DNA from: Thermoplasmatales archaeon
GTDB taxonomy: Archaea; Thermoplasmatota; Thermoplasmata; Thermoplasmatales; Thermoplasmataceae
Assembly: GCA_027343465.1 (NCBI GenBank)
Contig: DAHWLW010000082.1
Coordinates: 1-49,732, forward strand
DNA: 49,732 bases
Direction: 5' to 3'
Below are positions 10,443 to 19,306 of the stretch, piece after piece. Position numbers and translations under genes: made by a program. The stretch's first letter is position 1, and the number at the start of each line of letters is the position of its first letter. The notes below the pieces were generated by a model. It was not told the origin of the DNA and ran no database searches. It was given only the letters and a program-made list of their open reading frames with translations.

Positions 10443-10821
10443 TCAATCTTATTTAAACCCTATAACCAGATCATATTTATTCATTACCTAGTTTTGAGTC
10501 AGCTTTTAGAATAATGTCTCGGTACAATGAAACGCAAGGGTCAATAGGTATTTGCTACCCCACCATAGTCTTTTAACATAGGAGATAAAGACACAAACCA
10601 CTTCATAGAATTTCCATAAAAAACATTCCAAAAAAGTAATCAACGAGGCATGGCGGTAGGATTTTAGAATGGCGTCGTCAAGACCCGAACCAATTTACAA
10701 TTATAAAATCAGTCCATTCTTTTCATGATATATGAAAAACTTAAGAACGTTCCTGAACCTAAACCGACCTGAGAAAAAGAATCATCCTTTGATTTAATCT
10801 TTATAAAAATAACACTGGAAA

Positions 10822-10838
10822 TAAATGAAAAAAAGAGA
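10822..10838 (-). terminator. Putative oligo-T terminator after rps10
   Basis: T7 run on the minus strand (A run 10828-10834) about 16 nt after the rps10 stop. Confidence 0.45.
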
Positions 10839-10850
10839 TTTGGCTATTTC

Positions 10851-11165
10851 CTAACTCTTTATCTGTATCTCTATCTGTACGCCGTCTGGAATTGGTATCC
10901 TCATCAGTTGCCTGAGAGTTCTTTCGTCAGCGTCAACATCAATCAGGCGCTTGTGTACCCTCATTTCCCATCTGTCCCATGTGGGTGAGCCCTCTCCGTC
11001 TGGGCTCCTCCTGACAGGAACAACCAGCCTTTTGGTTGGAAGTGGGACAGGGCCATGAAGCTCGACTCCAGTTCTTGATGCTATTTCCTTAATTTCGTGA
11101 CAGACTACGTCCACCACTTTGTGTTCTGCACCGCTCAGAGATATTCTGGCCCTATATGACGCCAT
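10851..11165 (-). CDS. rps10: 30S ribosomal protein uS10
   Basis: [33 protein letters not shown]; ATG at 11165 preferred to GTG 11174. Confidence 0.98.
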   Translation of the reverse strand: MASYRARISLSGAEHKVVDVVCHEIKEIASRTGVELHGPVPLPTKRLVVPVRRSPDGEGSPTWDRWEMRVHKRLIDVDADERTLRQLMRIPIPDGVQIEIQIKS

Positions 11166-11175
11166 AAAGTTCACC

Positions 11176-12450
11176 TTATTTTGTTTCTATTTCTATACAC
11201 TGCCCGGCTGCTACAGTTTGACCCATATCTCTGATGGCAAATCTGCCGAGCTGAGGGATGTCAGATACCTTCTCTATCACGAGAGGGCGATCTGGAACTA
11301 CTTTAACAATGGCGATATCTCCTGTCTTAATGAAATCCGGCTTTTCCTTGAGAGTGGTTCCATCTTTTGGATTCAGGGTTCTAAGTATCTCTTCAAATCT
11401 GCAGGCGACCTGAGTTGTGTGTATGTGGAATACTGGCTTGTATCCGTTTGCTATAACACTTGGATGGTTAAGTACGACCACCTGAGCGGTAAATGCCTTG
11501 GCTACTGTTGGAGGTGCACTTGCCGGGCCACAAACATCTCCTCTCTTGATATCATTCTTGGCTATTCCCCTTACGTTGAATCCAACATTGTCTCCCGGCT
11601 CTGCCTGAGGCATATTCTCGTGATGCATTTCTATTGACTTCACTTCACCCTGCTTGTCTGCTGGGAGAAAGACGACCTTGTCCCCAACTTTCAGAACACC
11701 TGTCTCAATTCTGCCAACTGGAACAGTTCCAATACCTGTGATAGAGTAAACGTCCTGAATTGGAAGTCTGAGAGGTTTGTTTGTAGCCTTCTCTGGAGGC
11801 TTAAGAGCATCAAGGGCCTCAAGAAGTGTAGGGCCACTGTACCATTTTAGGTTATCTGACTTCTTTGTAATGTTGTCTCCCTTGTATCCGCTGATCGGTA
11901 TAATTGGTATGTTCTTGTATCCAATTGATTTTAGGAGTGTTTCAATATCTTTCTTTACTGCTTCGTATCTTGCCTGGCTATATGGAGGCTGGGTTGCGTC
12001 CATCTTATTAACAAGGACAATAAGCTGCTGAACTCCAAGTGTTCTTGCAAGGAAAGCATGCTCTCTGGTCTGTGCCATTACGCCCTCTCCATCTCTCGAG
12101 GATACAACCAGCATCGCAGCATCTGCCTGACTGGTACCTGTAATCATGTTTTTGACGAAGTCCCTGTGACCAGGTGCATCTATCAGAGTGAAGTAATATT
12201 TGTCTGTCTCGAACTTCCTGTGTGAGAGATCTATAGTTACTCCTCTTTCCCTCTCTTCTTTATATCTATCCATAACCCAGGCAAATTCGAAAGTTGCCTT
12301 TCCCTTCTCCTCTGATTGCTTCTTGAACTCCTCTATAATATGTGCTGGAATTTCTCCATGCTCAAAAAGGAGCCTTCCTACCAAGGTAGATTTTCCATGA
12401 TCTACGTGTCCGATCGTAACCAGATTAACATGTGGTTTCTGTGTTGCCAT
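11176..12450 (-). CDS. tuf: Translation elongation factor EF-1 alpha
   Basis: [51 protein letters not shown]. Confidence 0.99.
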   Translation of the reverse strand: MATQKPHVNLVTIGHVDHGKSTLVGRLLFEHGEIPAHIIEEFKKQSEEKGKATFEFAWVMDRYKEERERGVTIDLSHRKFETDKYYFTLIDAPGHRDFVKNMITGTSQADAAMLVVSSRDGEGVMAQTREHAFLARTLGVQQLIVLVNKMDATQPPYSQARYEAVKKDIETLLKSIGYKNIPIIPISGYKGDNITKKSDNLKWYSGPTLLEALDALKPPEKATNKPLRLPIQDVYSITGIGTVPVGRIETGVLKVGDKVVFLPADKQGEVKSIEMHHENMPQAEPGDNVGFNVRGIAKNDIKRGDVCGPASAPPTVAKAFTAQVVVLNHPSVIANGYKPVFHIHTTQVACRFEEILRTLNPKDGTTLKEKPDFIKTGDIAIVKVVPDRPLVIEKVSDIPQLGRFAIRDMGQTVAAGQCIEIETK

Positions 12451-12641
12451 CTGCTTTTCACCTAATTTACTATACCATATCTTTATAGCTTATAAGGGAC
12501 TTTTGGTGAGATCCCTACGCTTCTTCGACAATGCCTAAGTAAATAAATAGATTTGTATGAGTGGAAACTATTTGACTCCTTTAAACCAATTCAAGCGGCT
12601 TTGTGAGTTAAATATTAAATAGCGTAAATCTATAACTTGTC

Positions 12642-12734
12642 ATGAATGTTGAGACTGCCATAAAAGCCGGTGTAGCAATTTCTCTGGGATTAACGGCCCT
12701 GTTTGGCTATTTTGTGCTCCTTAAGCCTTTCTAA
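12642..12734 (+). CDS. Small 30-aa single-pass membrane protein (not in the ORF track)
   Basis: MNVETAIKAGVAISLGLTALFGYFVLLKPF*; TATA-like ATATTAAATA about 22-30 nt upstream of the ATG. Confidence 0.6.
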   Translation: MNVETAIKAGVAISLGLTALFGYFVLLKPF

Positions 12735-12831
12735 ATCATCTATTAGATTCACTTCCTTCTTGTAGTTTATACTTTTTCGGCCTTATCAATAGAATGTGTA
12801 AGATTTCTATATTGTAATCTGATAACGGTTA

Positions 12832-13752
12832 ATGGAATTCATAGACCAGATTAGATCATTTCCAGAGCAAATTATGAGCAAGGAATATTTCCATATTGAC
12901 AGGGATTTCAACAATATTGTAATTTCAGGAATGGGCGGCTCAGGTATTGTGGGAAGGGTATTTTCAGAGCTGTATGAGAAGTGCCCGGTCCATGTAATTT
13001 CCGACTATTCAATACCTCACTATGTTGACGGCAAAACCATGTTTATCGCCATAAGTTATTCTGGAAATACTGAGGAAACTTTGGCAACAGTAAAGCAGGC
13101 CAAGGAGAAGGGGGCACAGATCAAAGTTATCACTTCAGGAGGTGAACTTAGCAGATATGGATTCGAAACTGTGGAGGTACCTTCCGGTATGCAACCCAGA
13201 AATGCCCTGGGCTATATGCTTGCTCCATTGCTGAACTCTCTCATGAAAATTGAACACTCTGAGATGGATGCAGCAAGTAAGATCCTTAATGAGATAGAAA
13301 AAGAAAGTTCTTACCTTAAGCAAATGGCTGAAGATATATGTTCCAGAGACCTTATCCCATGGATAGTTGGGTATGATCCATATGTCTCTACAGCTTACAG
13401 ATGGAAGACACAATTCAATGAGAATGGCAAGATTCTGGCAGTAAACAGTACCATTCCTGAGTTGAATCATAATGAAACAATGCCTCTAAAACTAAGTTAC
13501 GGCAGAGACAAATTCTACTTCATTTCACTTGGAAACCCTGACATTGAAAGAACTTCTAAAAGACTTAGAGTAACATCTGATCTGACCGGAATAGAGTTTC
13601 ACAATGTTAAGGAATACGGGTCCACTAAACTACAGAAAATTCTCAGTATGATTCACTCGGGAGATTATATCTCCTATTACGTAGCAATGCTCCGTGGTCT
13701 AGATCCGATGGACGTTTCTTTGATAGAGGAACTCAAGAGGAGACTTTCCTGA
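12832..13752 (+). CDS. Bifunctional phosphoglucose/phosphomannose isomerase
   Basis: SGMGGSG, SYSGNTEET, TSGG, QPR, RWKTQFNENGK, PELNHNE (SIS domain plus PGI-PMI C-terminal domain). Confidence 0.95.
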   Translation: MEFIDQIRSFPEQIMSKEYFHIDRDFNNIVISGMGGSGIVGRVFSELYEKCPVHVISDYSIPHYVDGKTMFIAISYSGNTEETLATVKQAKEKGAQIKVITSGGELSRYGFETVEVPSGMQPRNALGYMLAPLLNSLMKIEHSEMDAASKILNEIEKESSYLKQMAEDICSRDLIPWIVGYDPYVSTAYRWKTQFNENGKILAVNSTIPELNHNETMPLKLSYGRDKFYFISLGNPDIERTSKRLRVTSDLTGIEFHNVKEYGSTKLQKILSMIHSGDYISYYVAMLRGLDPMDVSLIEELKRRLS

Positions 13753-15574
13753 AATTTTCTATCTCACTTCCACCCGGTGGCAGAACTGACTCCAGTTCTT
13801 CCTTTTGAATGCTTAATAGCCTTGAGAGTTCCGTTACTGTATCAATCCTTTTTGTCTTTCCAGGGATTATTTTGTAAAAGCCTTCATGGCTTTCCCAGTT
13901 ACCATCAGCAGGCCTGATAATTGCCCTTTCCGTATTCTTAAATTCTTCTTTGCCAACCTCAAGTTCCATATTCAGATTGAAGAGGTAATTCCGTTTTCCC
14001 CTGACTATCCATGAACCCGTGGAAACAAATTCACCGGATTCAGGCGTCTTGCTAACCTGGGAAGGAAGTACCCAGTATGCGGAACCGCTCCTTAGTCCGG
14101 CGGACCATGCCCTGGAAAAAGATACCGCAAAGGTGCATGCCTCTCTGATCGTCTGCTCTGAGGGAACCGACTCGCCTTCTACTTTGATTATGGTACTGGG
14201 TGCACCGTATACGTCTGCATGGACATAGAGGTCCTTTTCCTTCAGATGTTTCTTCACGATTTTTTCGTTGCTTTTAGCATCTCTTCCTGATATAACTAGG
14301 AATCCCTCGCTGGAGCGAAACCAGTGATAAACCTCATACCATTCTTTTGGCCTGACTTTCTGCTTGAGTTTGGGTTTTCTGTCAGCTTCTTTTTTAGAGG
14401 ACTCTATAGCCCTTAAAGCCCCCTCTATCTTTCCCTTGTAAGTCTTAGAATCCTGGAACAGCTCACTCATATTCTGTCCGGCTGTTTTCCTGAAATCGAG
14501 ATCAAATTCTTTTTCCTCGATAGAAACAGTAAAATGTTTTGTTGCGGGGTCAACCCCAGTGACACTGATTCCTTCCATGACAATTGGTAAGGAAAGGTTG
14601 TCGTTTGCCTTTTTTCTGACAAACATTATTACCTTATCCAATGCATGGAGATTTGAACGCATCAGTTCTCCTTGAATTCTTGATTTTTCTGACCTTTTCT
14701 CGAATTCCTCTATGCTTTTTTCCATCGATTTAATTCTTCTGGAAACTGAGGATTCAAGTTTTTCATCTTCCATATTATGATTTTTGAGAAACTGTACCAT
14801 TGCATCGTTGAAACCTGCAATTTCCCTTGGATTTGACTCGATGTGCTTCATCAGTACTGGAGACAGAAACAATGGCTCTTCATATTCATAAGCAAAATCT
14901 TTTGAAGATTCATCAAGGCATTCCCTCAGTACATTACGTATTTTTTCCATAGACGCAGAGTCGTAGATCATAGAATCTTTTGCGAATCCCGCCCTGAAAA
15001 CAATTTCCTCTGCAAGCTCTCCGCCAAGATTAAGCCGTGTTGCTAGTGTCTGGACTAGTCCCCCCTTGCTTTTTGACAATATTTCTGAAAGTTTGTCATT
15101 TCCAAGAGAAAGGGGATCCACAGAAGATGGGGGAATATAGGGTTCTCCCTTTATCACCTTTCGGTTTTTCCATTCTCTTGGATAAAGTGCGAAATCTATC
15201 TTCCCATCCTGAGTCAACACAAGGTTTCCATCTCTGAACATCTCGAATATCAACTCCTGGCCTGAAGACAGCTCAAGAATAACAATTCTGTCAAAATTCG
15301 GCTGCCTAATCCCAATAATTCGTCTTTCAGAAACCTGCTTTCGGAGCATCATGGCAAGAGAGGACGCTTCACTGGGTCTCTCGGCATCCATGAAGAAAAT
15401 TCCTTTCTTTAGATCAACATAAAGGAATCTGTGGTCCTTGTTTTCCCCAGATATTTGAAATACGAATTTACCTGAGCCAAGGTCATAGACTTTTTTAAGG
15501 AATGCACCTTTTAGATCTTTCCCGTATATGTTTATGAAAGCGTAGATATCAAGAGATGATTGCCTGGAGTCCAA
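13733..15574 (-). CDS. rqcH: Ribosome quality control factor RqcH/Rqc2 (NFACT family)
   Basis: QPNFDRIV, WYEVYHWFRSSEGFLVISGRDAKSNE, YVHADVYGAPS, QVSKTPESGEF; start re-placed at TTG 15574, with a TATA-like element at 15595-15602. Confidence 0.92.
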   Translation of the reverse strand: MDSRQSSLDIYAFINIYGKDLKGAFLKKVYDLGSGKFVFQISGENKDHRFLYVDLKKGIFFMDAERPSEASSLAMMLRKQVSERRIIGIRQPNFDRIVILELSSGQELIFEMFRDGNLVLTQDGKIDFALYPREWKNRKVIKGEPYIPPSSVDPLSLGNDKLSEILSKSKGGLVQTLATRLNLGGELAEEIVFRAGFAKDSMIYDSASMEKIRNVLRECLDESSKDFAYEYEEPLFLSPVLMKHIESNPREIAGFNDAMVQFLKNHNMEDEKLESSVSRRIKSMEKSIEEFEKRSEKSRIQGELMRSNLHALDKVIMFVRKKANDNLSLPIVMEGISVTGVDPATKHFTVSIEEKEFDLDFRKTAGQNMSELFQDSKTYKGKIEGALRAIESSKKEADRKPKLKQKVRPKEWYEVYHWFRSSEGFLVISGRDAKSNEKIVKKHLKEKDLYVHADVYGAPSTIIKVEGESVPSEQTIREACTFAVSFSRAWSAGLRSGSAYWVLPSQVSKTPESGEFVSTGSWIVRGKRNYLFNLNMELEVGKEEFKNTERAIIRPADGNWESHEGFYKIIPGKTKRIDTVTELSRLLSIQKEELESVLPPGGSEIENFRKVSS

Positions 15575-15691
15575 GGGGGTAAAATCTATACAGATATAAT
15601 AAGTAAATGCTATAATGACCAGTATCGAATTACCATATCTGAGGTTGGGAAAACATTTAAGATGGCAAGCGATAAGCAAGAGGAGATAAAT

Positions 15692-16129
15692 ATGGATTTC
15701 AATGGAACTTTCGAAGTTAAGGCACCAATATCAGAGGTCTACAATTTTATTATGGATGCCAAACGCCTATCCTCCTGCATACCCGATCTCAAGGAACTTT
15801 CTGTAGTAAGCCCTGAAGAATTCAATATCGTGGTAAGAGCAGGTGTGGCCTTCATTAAGGGAGACTTCAAAATTAATATGAAAGTTGTAGAAAAGAATGA
15901 ACCCGTGCACGCAAAAATAAAAGGGAGTGGCCAGGGTCTTGGCGGAACACTGGATCTTGAGGCAAACCTTGACATGAAGGAGGCTAAAGATGGTACAGTA
16001 ATGGACTGGAAGGCAGACGCAAAGGTAGGAGGTAAAATTGCCTCTGTAGGCCAGAGGATGATAGGAAGACAGGCCGAGAAGATCATAAACGAGCTTTTTG
16101 AGGGAATTAAAAATAATCTCTCAAAATGA
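15692..16129 (+). CDS. CoxG-like SRPBCC/START-fold protein
   Basis: LSSCIPD, VGGKIASVGQRMI; AGGAG ribosome-binding site before ATG 15692. Confidence 0.85.
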   Translation: MDFNGTFEVKAPISEVYNFIMDAKRLSSCIPDLKELSVVSPEEFNIVVRAGVAFIKGDFKINMKVVEKNEPVHAKIKGSGQGLGGTLDLEANLDMKEAKDGTVMDWKADAKVGGKIASVGQRMIGRQAEKIINELFEGIKNNLSK

Positions 16130-16620
16130 AGACTATTCATCCCGAGGTTCTACTGATGAGTTCATCCCTGACGTTGATTCATTCTACGGGCGATGAACCA
16201 CTTGCCCGTATTTTGATTGAAGCGAACAAGAATGAACTAGATGGCCTGTGCTCTGAATCACATATGAGCAACAGCTCTCAACCTGTTCAGATATTTGAAA
16301 AAGGAATTTACATTCTGTTGAAAGACTCTGTTCTCAGAATGGGAAAATTACTGAGATCAAATTTACCACTTGCACTGATACTTGTCAACCCTTCAGTTAA
16401 TTCAGAAATTAAGGACACGTTATTTTCTGTAAGTTCCCCAACTCTCATTATATCATGCCAGAAAAAAAATGAGTTTGATCCATCATCCACTTCGTTCCAT
16501 GATCTCATAGCGGGCTCAAGGATGAGAATTGTGCATAATTGTGATCCTTCCAACCTAATAGGAAAAGAAAGGCTTGTTGCGTCTATAATTAAAGAGTTTA
16601 TTATGGAACTGATGAAATAA
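16126..16620 (+). CDS. Hypothetical protein resembling the C-terminal half of an alpha/beta hydrolase
   Basis: ATGA/TAATG coupling to both neighbours; ALILVNP..SPTLII..IAGSRMRIV pattern; no GxSxG motif. Confidence 0.55.
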   Translation: MKTIHPEVLLMSSSLTLIHSTGDEPLARILIEANKNELDGLCSESHMSNSSQPVQIFEKGIYILLKDSVLRMGKLLRSNLPLALILVNPSVNSEIKDTLFSVSSPTLIISCQKKNEFDPSSTSFHDLIAGSRMRIVHNCDPSNLIGKERLVASIIKEFIMELMK

Positions 16621-17003
16621 TGCAGTCAAAGATAGAAATTCAGATTAGGTATGGAGACATTGATGCCTTGGGGCATGTAAACAATGCAATATTCCTTACA
16701 TATTTTGAACTTGGAAGAGTTGACATACTTAGAAGAATAAATGGCGAATTCTCAGCAGATAAGGCAGGAATAGTAATAGCACATGTTGAAGTTGATTATA
16801 AAAAGCCTATTGTCTTTGATTCATCTCCTCTTTTGCTGACAGAAGTATCTGCCATTGGGGATAAGAGCATCACTTTTAGCCACAGGCTTGTTGATTCCAA
16901 TGGCTCAGAATTTGCTTCTGGAAAAACTGTTTCCGTATGTGTTAATGAAAACGGGAAAGCGATTTCAGTGCCAGATGCATGGAGAGCGAGACTTTCAAGT
17001 TAA
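16620..17003 (+). CDS. Acyl-CoA thioesterase (4HBT/YbgC hotdog family)
   Basis: RYGDIDALGHVNNAIFLTYFELGR. Confidence 0.93.
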   Translation: MQSKIEIQIRYGDIDALGHVNNAIFLTYFELGRVDILRRINGEFSADKAGIVIAHVEVDYKKPIVFDSSPLLLTEVSAIGDKSITFSHRLVDSNGSEFASGKTVSVCVNENGKAISVPDAWRARLSS

Positions 17004-17578
17004 ACGGGAGCTAGCGCTGCCCCTATCCATGCTGTAGATGCAGTAAGAAATATTTCAATTAAATAGAAGGACATATGGAGAGAAATATCAAGATAGATAC
17101 TCTTCCTGAGATAATAAATGGCACCATAGAGTAGAGATGTTGCAAAGTTATCGAATATAAAAAAGTACAGATAAACGCCCGGATAAGAACCAGGCTTGAG
17201 TAAAGGCAGGCCGAGATAGAATATAGTATAAAGAACTGCTTGGATAACTAAAGCTTTCCCCATTCCAGTCTTCCGGGAAAGAATTTCTGGGATTAAGAAT
17301 CGGAAATTAAGCTCTTCAAGGATTGCCGGGTAATAAGTTATAGAGAGAACATAAATCGTGGACTGCTTCAATAGGGCATATACATATATCCAAATCACAA
17401 TTACCGCAAGAAGTAGAAACACATCTTTTGACAGAAAGTTCTTCTTAATAGGTAATTTTTGCCTGAACAAGAATAAAATCATTGCAAAGACGAAAGGTGT
17501 GGTGTAAAGATAGACAAAGAAGAGTATGTGAAAGTCGAATAAAAAGAAGAAACTTCCAAAAATGAGTGCCTCTCCCAT
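17000..17578 (-). CDS. CPBP/Abi-family intramembrane protease-like protein; 5' end possibly frameshifted
   Basis: PAILEELNFR motif and C-terminal SLH motif in a hydrophobic protein. Confidence 0.65.
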   Translation of the reverse strand: MGEALIFGSFFFLFDFHILFFVYLYTTPFVFAMILFLFRQKLPIKKNFLSKDVFLLLAVIVIWIYVYALLKQSTIYVLSITYYPAILEELNFRFLIPEILSRKTGMGKALVIQAVLYTIFYLGLPLLKPGSYPGVYLYFFIFDNFATSLLYGAIYYLRKSIYLDISLHMSFYLIEIFLTASTAWIGAALAPV

Positions 17579-17723
17579 GACTGCACAAATTACTCTTAGG
17601 ATCCATGATTTATAACTGATTGACTGGTTCGTTATGACCTCCCCACAATTTCTTCCTTCTCAGAGCTCAATATTCCATAATTGTATCAAGAAATATAACT
17701 ATAAGCAGTCAAATAAGTGGACA

Positions 17724-18587
17724 CTATCTTATGCTTACAAATGAAATGGAAATTAGTAAAAACATTAAGTAGAAATTTGAATAATGGAATACCTGCCTGA
17801 AATATTTTAAGGAAAAATTGTTCAACTTCGGCCTTATAACCAGATATAGAAGGAGACCATCCATGAGAACTGCTAAAATGATGTAGTACACGCCCACATG
17901 TATTGCACCTGTAAATAGAGGCAGAAGACTGTATATTATAAGAACGATGGTGTTTGTGAAAATCCAGCCAAAGCTCTCCTTTATACCAATTTTTGCAGGA
18001 AGCATAGGTAAAGAAGCACCCCTGTAGTCTTCTACATTATTTACTGCAAGACTCCAGAAATGTGTTGGGGTCCACAGAAATACCAAACCCGCGATAAACA
18101 GAGATGTCAGAGAGACGTCGTTTGAGATAGCAGCCCAGCCTGCAAGGGCAGGAAAACTGCCTGCAACCCCACCAATGACTATATTCCAGACCGTCCTCCT
18201 CTTAAGGAACATTGTGTAGAGAAATACGTAACTTACAAAACCCAGAATAATAAACAAAGAAGTTAAAGGATTAATAAGTAAGAATGAAATGGCCCCAGAG
18301 CCTGCAAGCATCAGGATACCAGTTAGAAAATATGACCAATAATTACTGCTGTTCAGTATATCTTTCCTTGTTCTTGTCCTTTTCATGCCTGAATCTATAT
18401 CCATGTCGTAGATATTGTTAAATAAAGCCGCAGACATAGATCCAAGGGTACCGGATATTAGAAGAGGCACTATGTAAATAATTTTGGAGGAAAATGCCGG
18501 ATTAGAAAAGAATGCTGCTACTGCGACCAGATCAACTAAAAAAGTAATTTCTATTTTAAAAATTTTTGAGAATTCTTTAAGGTTCAA
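17724..18587 (-). CDS. ctaB: Protoheme IX farnesyltransferase (heme o synthase)
   Basis: NNIYDMDIDSGMKRT, YTMFLKRRT, GGVAGSFPALAGWAA, LWTPTHFWSLA. Confidence 0.96.
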   Translation of the reverse strand: MNLKEFSKIFKIEITFLVDLVAVAAFFSNPAFSSKIIYIVPLLISGTLGSMSAALFNNIYDMDIDSGMKRTRTRKDILNSSNYWSYFLTGILMLAGSGAISFLLINPLTSLFIILGFVSYVFLYTMFLKRRTVWNIVIGGVAGSFPALAGWAAISNDVSLTSLFIAGLVFLWTPTHFWSLAVNNVEDYRGASLPMLPAKIGIKESFGWIFTNTIVLIIYSLLPLFTGAIHVGVYYIILAVLMDGLLLYLVIRPKLNNFSLKYFRQVFHYSNFYLMFLLISISFVSIR

Positions 18588-19306
18588 TATCCAACACCGA
18601 AGTTAGCCGTTTTGGTAGTAACTCCTGTATTGAGATCTGAAATATAGTTATTTCCAAAGTTTTTAACTGAGTGGGGAATAAGATTGTTTGACAGAGGTGC
18701 AGCATGACCAACATCTGCAGTGGTGTTCTGATAACTTCCAACTATTATAACGCCTAGCATTGAAAACGGATGAATAGTGCACCAATATGTATAGACCCCT
18801 GCTTTTGTGAATGGAAATTTGCCCTGAGAGTTGTGACCTATTGTAGTTGTGATTTGAGCGGTAGACAGCACTGTATATGAAACAGAGGGCTCGTAGGCTT
18901 TATAATCTCCCAGCATTTTGGAGTTCGAAATATTACCATTTACTATTGGTAAATTTGCAGTTGAATTTGTTGTCCCAAGATATCCTATAGTTAGTGTGTG
19001 AGGAGCACCATCCTCTTCGGTCACGTTAAAGTATAGTGTCGTATCGACCTTTACAAATATGGTCGGGTTGATAGGTTTACTTGAATTGATATTGTGATAA
19101 TGCTCGTCCCATCCTGCTGCGTCTGCATAGATGTGGACATATGCGACGTTTGTAGCAGCGGAGTAGTCTGAGCTCGTAGGAGTAAGGCCACTGCTACTTG
19201 GACTAGTAACTATATAAGTGAAAGACAAGCCCACGACGATAATTATCAATAGACCAAAGGCAATTCCTCCTTTTCCCTTTACATTCATTTTACTTACCAC
19301 CTCCAA
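18584..19306 (-). CDS. Membrane-anchored type 1 blue copper protein (cupredoxin)
   Basis: N-terminal TM helix, GAPHTL (first His ligand), GVYTYWCTIHPFSMLG (Cys/His/Met ligands). Confidence 0.88.
   Translation of the reverse strand: MEVVSKMNVKGKGGIAFGLLIIIVVGLSFTYIVTSPSSSGLTPTSSDYSAATNVAYVHIYADAAGWDEHYHNINSSKPINPTIFVKVDTTLYFNVTEEDGAPHTLTIGYLGTTNSTANLPIVNGNISNSKMLGDYKAYEPSVSYTVLSTAQITTTIGHNSQGKFPFTKAGVYTYWCTIHPFSMLGVIIVGSYQNTTADVGHAAPLSNNLIPHSVKNFGNNYISDLNTGVTTKTANFGVGY

Noticed and set aside
10811-10826. ORB-like CACTGGAAATAAA
   Set aside because: Single partial match with no G-string and no second copy; it lies next to a probable terminator
11119-11637. 172-aa ORF antisense to tuf, and similar shadow ORFs (8073-8576, 38677-39123, 32313-32714, 27659-28054)
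   Set aside because: They lie opposite well-supported conserved genes and have no protein-like motifs
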